Shown here: one piece after another, positions 1-9,690 of the stretch
How positions within the stretch are numbered: the stretch's first letter is position 1
How the letters are laid out: every line of letters starts with the position of its first letter
Origin: an uncultured Gammaproteobacteria bacterium
GTDB taxonomy: Bacteria > Patescibacteriota > Microgenomatia > Levybacterales > UBA12049
Assembly: GCA_964540055.1 (NCBI GenBank)
Contig: CAZILC010000004.1
Location: 13,745 to 77,744 of the forward strand
Reading direction: 5' to 3'
Length of the DNA: 64,000 nucleotides
Notes under the pieces: model-generated
Databases searched by the model: none
The model's input: only the letters and a program-made list of their open reading frames with translations
What the model was told of the DNA's origin: nothing
Translations under genes and position numbers: made by a program

Positions 1-1
1 G

Positions 2-1198
2 ATTCTGAATAATTTCACTAAACTCTCCGGTTCGCTACTTTCTACTTACTCGTGGATCTCCAATACCACATTAACGTACTTTATATCCGATCCAAACCAA
101 GCATTTGACAGTGTGTACTGGAGTCTGGCGGCAGAGGTATTATTCTATATTATCTACCCGATAATTTGTGTTCCTGTCATTCTTTATTTATCTCCAAAAA
201 GCCGACTGATAAAAATTCTGTTTATCATTTCGTTAATTCCATTATTCTTCGGTGCTTCTCGAATGTTGGGTAGGTCTCCGAATATCAATGCTATCCGACC
301 GGTATACTTTTTCTACTTTGTCGGAGGAATGTCTATGGGCTATTTATATAATAAATACTATTCCAAACTTGCAAATTTAAAACCCTCGCACATAAAAGTA
401 GCTTCAATTATCGGGATACTAACAATAGTTGGATATTTTGCATTTATGCAAATACCCCCGCAATGGATCAACTTTTATATCAGGCAATTGGTTGTCACTT
501 TACCGTTTGTAATTATACTTGGTGTGCTTCTTATTCCTGACACAGTGATTGGACGGGTATTCAGTAGCCGCGCAATAGTTTTTATAGGGACAATAAGTTA
601 TTCGCTCTATTTGACTCATAACTGGATTATTTTCTTGATCGTTCGTACAATGGGCAAGTCACAATCAATACTTTTGGACATACTTGCAATCGCAACAATA
701 CTTTGCGTTTGTATACTAATCGCTTCAGCAATGTATTGGCTTCTTGAAAAACCGTATTTCCAAAAACAAAAAGCAAAAAGCATTTCTGTTGCGCAGGTTA
801 AAAATTTTAACACAACCAATGGTCTTGCAGTTTGCATCGGTATATGCATCATTTATTTAGGGTTAACGACAATTTCATATCGAACAAATTTAACATATGA
901 AGACCTGTCTAATCCTAAAATGCTTAAGATGATAGCTTCATCAATCCATACAAAAACCGACTCAGCATTACTCGTAGATGAACGAGTAAAAGTTACTGAT
1001 GAAAGGAACAAAACAATTGAGATGATTCTCCCGTTTGCTCTTATTTTGCTATACTTAATTTGGGATAGAGTATATAAAGCAAGATCAAATCGTATGGTAA
1101 AAACTTTTGCCGTTGATGAAACTATGGTCAGGACTAAAATAAATTCAAAAGAAAAAGCTCAACAGATAAGTTTACTTCGCTTTGGACAAAAGAAATAA
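2..1198 (+). CDS. Acyltransferase family 3 (O-acyltransferase) membrane protein, 5' end cut by the window edge
   Basis: Frame 2 is open from nt 2 with no stop before the listed ORF. It carries VYWSLAAEVLFYIIYP (the WSLxxExxFY-type motif) and ISYSLYLTHNWII, with multiple hydrophobic spans. Confidence 0.65.
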   Translation: MLNNFTKLSGSLLSTYSWISNTTLTYFISDPNQAFDSVYWSLAAEVLFYIIYPIICVPVILYLSPKSRLIKILFIISLIPLFFGASRMLGRSPNINAIRPVYFFYFVGGMSMGYLYNKYYSKLANLKPSHIKVASIIGILTIVGYFAFMQIPPQWINFYIRQLVVTLPFVIILGVLLIPDTVIGRVFSSRAIVFIGTISYSLYLTHNWIIFLIVRTMGKSQSILLDILAIATILCVCILIASAMYWLLEKPYFQKQKAKSISVAQVKNFNTTNGLAVCIGICIIYLGLTTISYRTNLTYEDLSNPKMLKMIASSIHTKTDSALLVDERVKVTDERNKTIEMILPFALILLYLIWDRVYKARSNRMVKTFAVDETMVRTKINSKEKAQQISLLRFGQKK

Positions 1199-1412
1199 TA
1201 AGTATTGCACTATACAAAAATCGTCCATTTAACAATAGCTACGATATATATAATAGTATAATTTTATTTCTAAACTGTTTTTTTGAATGAGATACCGTAG
1301 TTTTGCTCTCACAAAAAAAGAATTAAGTGACATCAGCATTGCAAGAAACAAATCCCTGTCGAGCCATTTAACACTTTAAACTTTTTCACTACTCTGGTAT
1401 AAATACTACAAT

Positions 1413-3077
1413 ATGCAAATAACCATCCATTCACTTTTTAAAACAATACTAAAATTATTCCGGCATCATGGTTTACTTATAATTCTCATAGCCTTTCTTG
1501 TTCTTTATATAGTGGTCCAACTACGTGTCATTGAGTGGGGAATTCCAAGTCAATCAGTTGCTTTCCCTCATGCATTAGATGAATGGCATTTCTTTATGGG
1601 TGATGCATCAATAATTAAGCATTTCACAAACAATGTATCAGGAGCTCAGAGAGGTCCAATGTTTTTCTTAACGACATCGACACTTTATCTTGGGTTTTTT
1701 GTTTTACTGCATGTAATTCATCCATCTCTTCTTTCAGATCGTTTTTCTCCCACAGCTCTAACGGAACTCAATCATATATTTCTCATCCTACGCTCTTTCT
1801 CTCTAATTTTTAGCATTCTGACTCTAATACTTATGTATATTGTTAGTAAACGTCAGTTACGGATAAACCCACTTCTTACGGTAGTACTTCTAGGAACTAT
1901 ACCGCTGTGGGCAGTATGGAGCGACATTTACAAATATGAGATCGCCAATGTATTCTGGATAACAGCAAGCATTTATCTGCTTCTTACATATAAAAGTACC
2001 CCTAAACGACTTATATATTGCTTAGGTGGCGTTACAATTGCTTTAGCCATAGCTACGAAAGTAAGCTCGACACCGCTTCTCCCACTCTACATTGTTGCTT
2101 TTTTTCTCTTTACGCGTAAGCCATTAAAAAACATTAAAACACTTTTGGCAGGATTGCTTATTTCCATTCTTACCTTTGCGGTATTTGGTATCCCTGATGT
2201 TATTTTCCTTAGAACAAATTGGGGTGATTATATCTCGTCTGGCTTTGGCGCAACACCTAACGGCAATTATGGCATGCCCTGGTATTTGTATCTCATTACA
2301 AAACACTATCAAATTATATTTGGTCATGCTTTCTATTTTCTTATCCTGTTAGCCGGTATCTATTACCTCTGGAAATTGCCTAAGGCATTTAGCAAACGAT
2401 CAATTAGTAAGTTTAGCGAACTTTTCTTTTTAGGTATTGGATTACTCCTCTTTTGTGTAACCCTTATACAAATTGGTATTGGCGCTTCAGGCTACCGTTT
2501 GCTTCCTACACTTCCGTTTCTAGTGCTTCTCGTTTCAATTGCGCTGAATCGTCTTTTATCGTCTCACAAGCTACTTTTTACCATTGTTGTCTGTTGTATC
2601 ATAGCTTTCCAAATGTTCGAAAGCTATGCGTGGTTATATGCTCGGTCCGGTGCCGATACACACGTCACATCTTCTATGTGGATAGTAAATCATATTCCTA
2701 AAGGGAGCAAAATTGGCATGCTGAACATACCTCTCTATCAAGCAGAACCAAATATCTTGCTTCTTGATTATTATCGAGGTCAGAACCATACTTATAAAGG
2801 CCTCTATCAATACGAAATCATAGATTACAAAACAAAAAATTTACCTGACTATATTATTATCAGTGATGCAATTGATACAAAAAAGTTTGTAATTATATCG
2901 GACAAGAACTACCTGGTAGATCGACTCAATAAAATGGGCTATAAAATTATTGCCACTTTTAAACCAGACCATACCCTGTACTATTATTTTGCTGATGAAC
3001 GCGATTATTTCTTTTCAGAGATGTTTACAAATAACGCAATCTACGTATATCGTAAAAGTACAATTAATCACAGATGA
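1413..3077 (+). CDS. Polytopic GT-C-type (ArnT/PMT-like) membrane glycosyltransferase candidate
   Basis: 554 aa with at least 10 hydrophobic spans, the acidic first-loop motif HALDEWHF and a soluble C-terminal ~100 aa. The call rests on architecture only. Confidence 0.45.
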   Translation: MQITIHSLFKTILKLFRHHGLLIILIAFLVLYIVVQLRVIEWGIPSQSVAFPHALDEWHFFMGDASIIKHFTNNVSGAQRGPMFFLTTSTLYLGFFVLLHVIHPSLLSDRFSPTALTELNHIFLILRSFSLIFSILTLILMYIVSKRQLRINPLLTVVLLGTIPLWAVWSDIYKYEIANVFWITASIYLLLTYKSTPKRLIYCLGGVTIALAIATKVSSTPLLPLYIVAFFLFTRKPLKNIKTLLAGLLISILTFAVFGIPDVIFLRTNWGDYISSGFGATPNGNYGMPWYLYLITKHYQIIFGHAFYFLILLAGIYYLWKLPKAFSKRSISKFSELFFLGIGLLLFCVTLIQIGIGASGYRLLPTLPFLVLLVSIALNRLLSSHKLLFTIVVCCIIAFQMFESYAWLYARSGADTHVTSSMWIVNHIPKGSKIGMLNIPLYQAEPNILLLDYYRGQNHTYKGLYQYEIIDYKTKNLPDYIIISDAIDTKKFVIISDKNYLVDRLNKMGYKIIATFKPDHTLYYYFADERDYFFSEMFTNNAIYVYRKSTINHR

Positions 3078-3121
3078 ATTTCCTTTTTACCATAAATATA
3101 GAGATACTCTGCTCTCCACGG

Positions 3122-4906
3122 TTATATATTTTTTAGTTTTCTTGTGACTATAACTCCTATCCCTAAAACAATCGTACAAAGACTTATCATCTTGGAAACG
3201 CTCCTTACAAATGAATCCATATAAATAACCTTTACTAGGTATAACCCTTTCTTTAGAGAAAATGTTATGATTCCTACACTGTTGCTTTCTTGATCTTTAT
3301 AATTAATAGGAATCTTTTTGTTGTTCGCAAATGCCATCCATCCTGGGAAGTAAAAAGTATTTTCCCGTAACGTGACAGGTGTTTCCGCATTAATAATATA
3401 TTCATGTGAGGTTTGTAATCTTGAAAGCTCCAAAAATGTCCCTTTACCAGAAAGAATTTTCATTGGTTCTGTTGGGGGATTTGCAATTATCTTCTGACCC
3501 AGAGATTGGTCATGTTGGTATTGTTTAATAAAGAGAGGATTCCGGGGTTCAAAATATTCGGTATATACAGCATCACCCACCTTGAAAGGATCACCCGTAG
3601 CAGGGACCATATATCTGTTTTCCCAATTAAGTATAGTTGATAAAATAGTTATTATACAAATGATTACAACAACTGAGGGTTTCGTAAAATGTTTGACAAC
3701 AATACCAGCTATAGCAGCCGAGATAAAGGAAATTGGGACAAATAATCTAAACGGTCCTAAGAAAGTATAGAGAAGAGGTACATGTGTCCAGATAAAATAT
3801 GATTGCGAGAGTAGCATAAAAAAAAGTAGAGAGAAATAAAGTAGAAGTACGATGAGAAGCGGTTTCAGTTTAGGTTCAATTTTATTTTTAATGAGAATGT
3901 AGATACTAAACAATATAAGTAAGATATGTGGGTATCCAATAATCAATCGAATGTCTCCCTGATGTCCTTGGAAGAGAAAGCCGTAGGCAAACGGAGAAAT
4001 GAAATATTCCCAAATTGGAAAAAAATTTCCAAGTCCGGGGTGGATAAAAACACTACTCCACCATGTATATTTCACCTCAAGTAGTGCCGGTAACCAGTAA
4101 TAAGCTGATAGTAATATTCCATACGGTATAGATGCTAGAGGTATAAGTATGTCTTTACTATTTCTTTTCTTTTTTCGGCGCCAGAGTATGAAACAATATA
4201 GAATTGTTAGAGGCAATGAAAAGTAAGTTGTGCTCGAATGAGAAAGGAGAATAAACCAGACAGAAATTGCCTCAAGGAAAAAATACTTCAATTCTCCTCT
4301 TTCTACAAGTCGCTTCATGAAAAGAAATAGCAACGGTATAAAAACAAAAGAAGTCACCTCACCTACAGATCCTCGAAATTCAAGATTTATTAAATTAAAA
4401 GGGGCAAAGAGATAAAAAATAGCAGCAACGAATCCTGCTGCTGAACCTAATTCTTCTTTAGCCCAGAGATACATGGTAATTCCTGACACTATAAAAGTTG
4501 CCGCTAATTCGAGCTTTAAACTGGTTAAAAAGGAAAATCCAAGTAAATGGAAAAATGAGGCAAGATAATAGGGAAGTACATATTCAATTTCGTATATTGG
4601 GCATCCATACTCACCGCAAAGATTTCCTGCCCATTGGGGTATAATATTTCCTTGCTGCAGGTTGTAGTAAAAATCCATGAATTGAGCAGTATGCGGTCTA
4701 AGATCACCAGCTTGATATGTACCGGGCCTAAAGAGACTGAATGTCGGAATAACGGCAATAATTAAGAGTAAGATGAGACGACTAATGCGTTTTTTAGGAT
4801 AAACAAAACGATAGATTCCAGTCCCGAGTAGAACAATTAACGAGAAAATGACATTAAAAAGAATTATCCAATATGGACCACTTATATCATTTAAGTTTAA
4901 TTGCAT
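3122..4906 (-). CDS. YfhO / 'PTPS-related'-type GT-C-like membrane protein, paralog 1 of 3
   Basis: 594 aa. It aligns by eye over its full length with 37965..39737 and 40761..42581. Shared motifs are the GDLxxH loop, YLFAPxxLIxLxFRxSVGEV and C-terminal ENTFYFPGW. Confidence 0.55.
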   Translation of the reverse strand: MQLNLNDISGPYWIILFNVIFSLIVLLGTGIYRFVYPKKRISRLILLLIIAVIPTFSLFRPGTYQAGDLRPHTAQFMDFYYNLQQGNIIPQWAGNLCGEYGCPIYEIEYVLPYYLASFFHLLGFSFLTSLKLELAATFIVSGITMYLWAKEELGSAAGFVAAIFYLFAPFNLINLEFRGSVGEVTSFVFIPLLFLFMKRLVERGELKYFFLEAISVWFILLSHSSTTYFSLPLTILYCFILWRRKKKRNSKDILIPLASIPYGILLSAYYWLPALLEVKYTWWSSVFIHPGLGNFFPIWEYFISPFAYGFLFQGHQGDIRLIIGYPHILLILFSIYILIKNKIEPKLKPLLIVLLLYFSLLFFMLLSQSYFIWTHVPLLYTFLGPFRLFVPISFISAAIAGIVVKHFTKPSVVVIICIITILSTILNWENRYMVPATGDPFKVGDAVYTEYFEPRNPLFIKQYQHDQSLGQKIIANPPTEPMKILSGKGTFLELSRLQTSHEYIINAETPVTLRENTFYFPGWMAFANNKKIPINYKDQESNSVGIITFSLKKGLYLVKVIYMDSFVRSVSKMISLCTIVLGIGVIVTRKLKNI

Positions 4907-4928
4907 TATTTATTAGATAAATTAAGAA

Positions 4929-4949
4929 CCCTGCGGCAAGACCGCAGGG
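4929..4949 (-). terminator. GC-rich hairpin, likely an intrinsic terminator after the sugar-tailoring operon
   Basis: CCCTGCGG-caaga-CCGCAGGG is a perfect 8-bp stem with a 5-nt loop in an AT-rich spacer. On the minus strand it is followed by TTCTTAATTT. It lies between the stop at 5020 and the next start at 4906. Confidence 0.55.
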
Positions 4950-5019
4950 AAAAGGGATTATATAAATTTGATTAGCCTGTTACAATAGACATGAATATTT
5001 ATTTACGCTTTTAAAACTC

Positions 5020-5832
5020 TTATTTATAAACTTCAGTAATAAATTGAAGAGTTTGCTCAATAACTTTTTCATTTGATTCTGAGTCATCTCTTCGCATTTC
5101 AATGGATAACCACTTGTCAAAATGTAATTTTTTTAAAACGTCAACTATTTTTTTATGATCAACATCAGTTGTTCCAATCTGTTTAAGACCTCTTTCACTG
5201 ATATGGAAATGTTGAAGATAAGATAAGGCATTTGTTAGAGCCGAATTGTAATCCTCACTATTTATCGTTAACGCTCCGGAATCCAGATGTAATCTAAAAT
5301 TTGGATGATTTACATGTTTTACTAAAACGATACCTTCTCTTGTGGTGTTGATAAAATTTGTGCCATACGTTTTGGGAATTGGTTCTATGCAAAAATAGAT
5401 ATTAAATTCCTGTGCAAGTTCACCAACTTTATAAAAAAAATCTGTAGCAATATCTTGTGCTTCATCTATCCCAACTTCTCCTCTGTCTCTGTTACGAGGA
5501 GATCCAAAAATAATATCTTTGACTCCTAAGATTTCACATACTTGTAACATTTTTTCAATATATGCAAGGGTACTTTTTCTTTTTTCACTTGTTTCAAATA
5601 TAGTGAGCTCCGGATGACCAAATAATAATGATTGTATTGAAACGATAGCAATTCCCTCATTATTCCAAAACTTCCTGTAATTTCTAATTCTATCGGTAGA
5701 TTCCTTTGTGGGTTCTTTCCAAATCATAGTTGGCGCGAGTTCAATTGCTTGTAAAGAATATTTTTTTAACAGTGCTACTATTTGTTTGTCTTCATCAGTA
5801 TTCCACGCGATATTTGAGATAGCAATTTTCAT
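5020..5832 (-). CDS. Sugar phosphate isomerase/epimerase, xylose-isomerase-like TIM barrel
   Basis: 270 aa. The N-terminus MKIAISNIAWN...AIELAP and the overall pattern fit the AP_endonuc_2 / TIM-barrel family. Its start overlaps the upstream stop (TAATG). Confidence 0.55.
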   Translation of the reverse strand: MKIAISNIAWNTDEDKQIVALLKKYSLQAIELAPTMIWKEPTKESTDRIRNYRKFWNNEGIAIVSIQSLLFGHPELTIFETSEKRKSTLAYIEKMLQVCEILGVKDIIFGSPRNRDRGEVGIDEAQDIATDFFYKVGELAQEFNIYFCIEPIPKTYGTNFINTTREGIVLVKHVNHPNFRLHLDSGALTINSEDYNSALTNALSYLQHFHISERGLKQIGTTDVDHKKIVDVLKKLHFDKWLSIEMRRDDSESNEKVIEQTLQFITEVYK

Positions 5833-6815
5833 TATTCTTTAATAGTCAATAATTTTCCATTTTGCACAATTGATTGTTCTGCCAAATCAAGCAGTTGTGT
5901 TACTTTTAATCCTAATTCCAATCCCGAATAGGTTATTGCTCTATTAATCGTAATCGCTTTTGCAAATTCTATTATTTCATTTTCAAGTGAAGTTTTAGAA
6001 CTATACTTCGGGTAAGAAATTTTAGCATTTTGGTATCGTATATAAAGATCTTGATTGGGCACAATATCTTTGTAATAAATAATCTTCTTTGTGGCTTCTG
6101 CATCATACATAATACTGTCAGATTCTCCTGTAATAACAAGCTTTCTTCTTTTCTCAGGGAATATCCAATTGAGTCTAATATATGCATAGGTTTCATCTGC
6201 AAACTCGAGTTTAAGAGAAGTTGTGTCAAAAAATTTCGTTTTTGGATAGAGTAAATTTTGGCCCCATGCACTGATTGCTTTCGGATAGCTTTGCGAAATA
6301 TCCACACATAATGAAATTGCATGTGACCCAATATCCCACAATGCAGATGTGTTTTTTCTTAACAAACCATAACTCGTTCCTTCATAATCAATGTAGCGAA
6401 TTTTACCTATATTTTTTACAAGTTCTTTTGTCTTTATATAAGCCGGATCAAAAAGATATACATGTCCTACCTGTAACTTACCTTTAGATTTTTTTGGTAA
6501 TGAAAGTAATTTTTTTGCATTTTGATAATCTTCACTTAAAGGTTTTTCAACCAATACCGTAAAACCTCTTTTCAAAAATTCATAGGTAATTTCATCGTGC
6601 GTTGCATTAGGTGTTGCAATAATTACTCCATCAATATCAGAAAACTTGAATAAATATTGGTAATTTGTGGTTTTAATATAATCTCCCGGGTAAGCTGCAA
6701 AACTTTTTTCATTTGTAGCGCAGAGATATTTAATGCGGATATCAGGAAGTTTTTTAGCTGTCGCTAAATAATTCTTCCCCCAGGAACCAACGCCAATTAA
6801 AGCAAGATTAATCAT
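5832..6815 (-). CDS. Gfo/Idh/MocA-family NAD(P)-dependent sugar oxidoreductase
   Basis: The Rossmann N-terminus MINLALIGVGSWGKNY and later EKPL fit the family. I prefer the ATG at 6815, 2 nt after the upstream stop, over the ORF-track start at 6839. Confidence 0.65.
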   Translation of the reverse strand: MINLALIGVGSWGKNYLATAKKLPDIRIKYLCATNEKSFAAYPGDYIKTTNYQYLFKFSDIDGVIIATPNATHDEITYEFLKRGFTVLVEKPLSEDYQNAKKLLSLPKKSKGKLQVGHVYLFDPAYIKTKELVKNIGKIRYIDYEGTSYGLLRKNTSALWDIGSHAISLCVDISQSYPKAISAWGQNLLYPKTKFFDTTSLKLEFADETYAYIRLNWIFPEKRRKLVITGESDSIMYDAEATKKIIYYKDIVPNQDLYIRYQNAKISYPKYSSKTSLENEIIEFAKAITINRAITYSGLELGLKVTQLLDLAEQSIVQNGKLLTIKE

Positions 6816-6817
6816 AG

Positions 6818-7876
6818 TTAATTTCCTTCCCGAACCCATTCAATTGTTCTTTTTAGCCCGCTTTCCAAATTTATTTGGGGAGAATATCCTGATAATTCTT
6901 TAACTTTGGTGATATCCGGACATCTTCTCTTTGGCTCATCATTTGGATACAAATCAGGATATTTTATTCTTTTTATTTTAAGGGAGTTATTAAATAACTT
7001 ATTCATTTTTTGCGCGAGTTGATTGACAGATACTTCATCTGTATTATTTCCAATATTATAGGCCTCACCATTTTTAGATGAAAGTAAAACTTTAAGTATA
7101 TAAACTATGGCATCAGCGATATAACAATAGCTTCTTGTTTGTTCCCCCTTCTCATACACCTGTAACTCTTGACCATTTATCGAATTAAAAACAAATGAGG
7201 GAATTACTCTAAAATCGTCTTTATGGATTCCTGGACCATAGACATTAAAAGGACGAACCGTTTTTACCGGAGTCTTAAACTTATCAAAATAGACCATGCA
7301 TAAAGTTTCACCAAGTCTTTTTGATTCATCATAACATGACCTTGGACCGGTACACGATACATTTCCGTAGTAATCTTCAGTTGTTGGTACATGTTTATTA
7401 TCCGGATCGCCGTAAATTTCACTTGATGAAAAAAATAAAAAGCTTTGTACTTTTTTCTTTTTTGCATACTCCAGTAAATTTCTTGTACCATTTATCGTGA
7501 CATCAATTGTTTCAAGTGGAAATTGACGATAATATCTTGGTGAAGCAATACCGGCTGCATGCATAATGTAATCAACTTTTTTTCTAATAGCGATAGGTTG
7601 TGAAACATCTGCTTTGATAAAGGTAAAATATTTTTTGTCGAGTTCAAGTTTTGCCACACGGCTGCTTTTACCGGTGAGATAATTATCAATTGAAATTACT
7701 TTGCATTTTTGTTTGAGCTTTTTATTATTTAATTCATTGATGACTGCAAGGATATAACTGCCCAAAAATCCAGCACCACCCGAAATAAGAAGCGTTTTAC
7801 TTTCTAATTTTTTAAAATCTTTTCCTAACGCTGAAATAATTTCATCAATATCCTGAGCAATAATTTGGGATTTCAT
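6818..7876 (-). CDS. UDP-glucuronate decarboxylase (UXS / ArnA-C-terminal-like) extended SDR
   Basis: Motifs are GGAGFLGS and SSSEIYGDP...TEDYYGNVSCTGPRSCYDESKRLGE, which closely parallels the UXS signature STSEVYGDP...GPRACYDEGKR. The ATG at 7876 forms an ATGA overlap with the stop of the upstream gene. The longer 7972 start lies inside that gene. Confidence 0.7.
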   Translation of the reverse strand: MKSQIIAQDIDEIISALGKDFKKLESKTLLISGGAGFLGSYILAVINELNNKKLKQKCKVISIDNYLTGKSSRVAKLELDKKYFTFIKADVSQPIAIRKKVDYIMHAAGIASPRYYRQFPLETIDVTINGTRNLLEYAKKKKVQSFLFFSSSEIYGDPDNKHVPTTEDYYGNVSCTGPRSCYDESKRLGETLCMVYFDKFKTPVKTVRPFNVYGPGIHKDDFRVIPSFVFNSINGQELQVYEKGEQTRSYCYIADAIVYILKVLLSSKNGEAYNIGNNTDEVSVNQLAQKMNKLFNNSLKIKRIKYPDLYPNDEPKRRCPDITKVKELSGYSPQINLESGLKRTIEWVREGN

Positions 7877-9123
7877 TTTTTGATTTTTGGTCGTGGGACC
7901 GGTACAATAAATTTTCCTCCTTTTTTTGAGAAGCTCTGATTCTTTGCAATAATTGAATCGGCAAAATTCCAAGCCAATATCAAAAGATAATCAGCTTTGT
8001 CATTACTAAAAGTCGCGAAATCTTTGACAGGTATTCTTTTCCCGGGGGAATAAAGTCCTTGTTTCCACGGACTATCATCAACGATATACTCAAGCGTCTC
8101 TCGACCGATATTGAAATAATTTAGAAGCGTATTCCCTTTTGCCGGTGCACCATACCCGACAATTTTTCTTCCTGATTTTTTCAATTTATATAAAAGGTTC
8201 AAAAGAAGTATTTTATTTTTTTCTATCTCTTTGGCATAATCGGTATATGTACTTATCTTATTAAGTTTACTTGCTTTTTCCTTAGTAATAAATTTTTTAA
8301 CAGTTGGTCGAACTTTCACATCACTTTCTTTTCTTGCAATATATACTCGTATACTGCCCCCGTGTACCGAAACTTTCTCTACATCGACAACATGCATTTC
8401 AAACCTGTCAAAGATTCGTTGTAATGTCTCAACGCGCCAGTAAGACATATGTTCATGATAAATCAAATCAAAATATCTTTTTTGAATAAAATCAATAAGA
8501 TATGGTGCTTCAATCATAAATACACCATTTTTACCAAGCAGCATTTTAACTGAAAGAATTATTTCATCCAGATCATCAATGTGAGCAAAAACATTGGTTG
8601 CCGTAATTAAGTCTGCTAAGCCATATTTCTGTTTTATTTGCTTTGCAACTTTTCTGTTCATAAACTCTGCAATTGTGTCAATTCCAATGTTCTGTGCAAC
8701 AGTAGCAATCTTTTTTGCAGGCTCTACTCCCAAAACCCTGATCTTTTTTTCTTTAAATGGTTTAAGAAGTATTCCGTCATTGCTACCAATATCAATTACT
8801 AATGATTCATTGTTCAATTGAAATTGTTTTTCAGCTTTGTCTGCAAATTGGATAAAATGATCAATAAAAACTTGCGATGTTGAAGAAACATACACATAGT
8901 TGGAGAATAAAAGCTCCGAAGATATGCTATGACCTAATTGGAGAAAAGTACACGTATTACAAAAATTTACTTCAAGCGGATAATATTTTTCATCTAATTC
9001 AACCTGTTTTTCCGTTAAAAAAGCATTAGCAAGAGGTGTCGATCCAAGTATGATGACCGTTGTGAGATTGGTGTTCAGACATACTCGGCAGCTTTTCCTT
9101 TTATAAATTTGAGGCTGTATCAT
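7873..9123 (-). CDS. NDP-ketosugar C-methyltransferase (Zn-ribbon + class I SAM MTase + C-methyltransferase C-domain), paralog 1 of 3
   Basis: It has an N-terminal CxxC...CxxC (CRVC...CNTC) plus VIDIGSNDG, TATNVFAH and YHEHMSY. This is the TylCIII/NovU-type architecture. Confidence 0.7.
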   Translation of the reverse strand: MIQPQIYKRKSCRVCLNTNLTTVIILGSTPLANAFLTEKQVELDEKYYPLEVNFCNTCTFLQLGHSISSELLFSNYVYVSSTSQVFIDHFIQFADKAEKQFQLNNESLVIDIGSNDGILLKPFKEKKIRVLGVEPAKKIATVAQNIGIDTIAEFMNRKVAKQIKQKYGLADLITATNVFAHIDDLDEIILSVKMLLGKNGVFMIEAPYLIDFIQKRYFDLIYHEHMSYWRVETLQRIFDRFEMHVVDVEKVSVHGGSIRVYIARKESDVKVRPTVKKFITKEKASKLNKISTYTDYAKEIEKNKILLLNLLYKLKKSGRKIVGYGAPAKGNTLLNYFNIGRETLEYIVDDSPWKQGLYSPGKRIPVKDFATFSNDKADYLLILAWNFADSIIAKNQSFSKKGGKFIVPVPRPKIKK

Positions 9124-9497
9124 ACAATCTTAATTCTGATAGTATCTTCTTCATATTTGTCCATGCTCCGTTCTTCTGTTGTTATAGCTATAAAAATAGA
9201 ATCTTGAGTAAATTCCATTGCATGAATTTCTCCGGGGGGTGTATACACAATTTCTCCTTTATGAACAACAACTTTTTTCGGCTTCTTTTTTTCATCGCTA
9301 GTGTAATAGTAGTTCATTCCCCCTTCAAGCATATAAGAATAATGTGCATCTTTTTTGTGATAATGATTTGCCCGTATAGCACCTTTTTTGCAGGTAATAA
9401 GAACAGCGCTGTTGAAAGATGTATCTCCTTCAATTAAATGGTACATTTTGCCTCTGGCATCGGTAAAAAAGGGTTTTATTTTTTTAACAGTTGGCAT
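9120..9497 (-). CDS. Cupin-fold sugar 3,4-ketoisomerase / WxcM-FdtA-like protein
   Basis: 125 aa with FTDARGKMYHL and RANHYHKK motifs. It has an ATGA overlap with the C-methyltransferase. Confidence 0.5.
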   Translation of the reverse strand: MPTVKKIKPFFTDARGKMYHLIEGDTSFNSAVLITCKKGAIRANHYHKKDAHYSYMLEGGMNYYYTSDEKKKPKKVVVHKGEIVYTPPGEIHAMEFTQDSIFIAITTEERSMDKYEEDTIRIKIV

Positions 9498-9690
9498 TCA
9501 GTTTTTAAGGATAACAGAAGCATGTTCTATCGTCAATAGTGATTATTCCAAATGTTTATTTTCTGCAATTACAGCAATATTACCAGCTGTATGATAATTG
9601 GTAATGCATTGATTCGGGCACTTATTTCGAGTTCAAATAACGCACCGAGCGTGATCGTATAGCCTCATCCACCATTTCTACTGGATAATT

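Noticed and set aside
3122-4906. Interpreting the 'PTPS-related' family name as pterin (6-pyruvoyl-tetrahydropterin) metabolism.
   Set aside because: The proteins are ~600-aa polytopic membrane proteins with YfhO-like loops and none of the small soluble PTPS fold. The family name is a legacy label.
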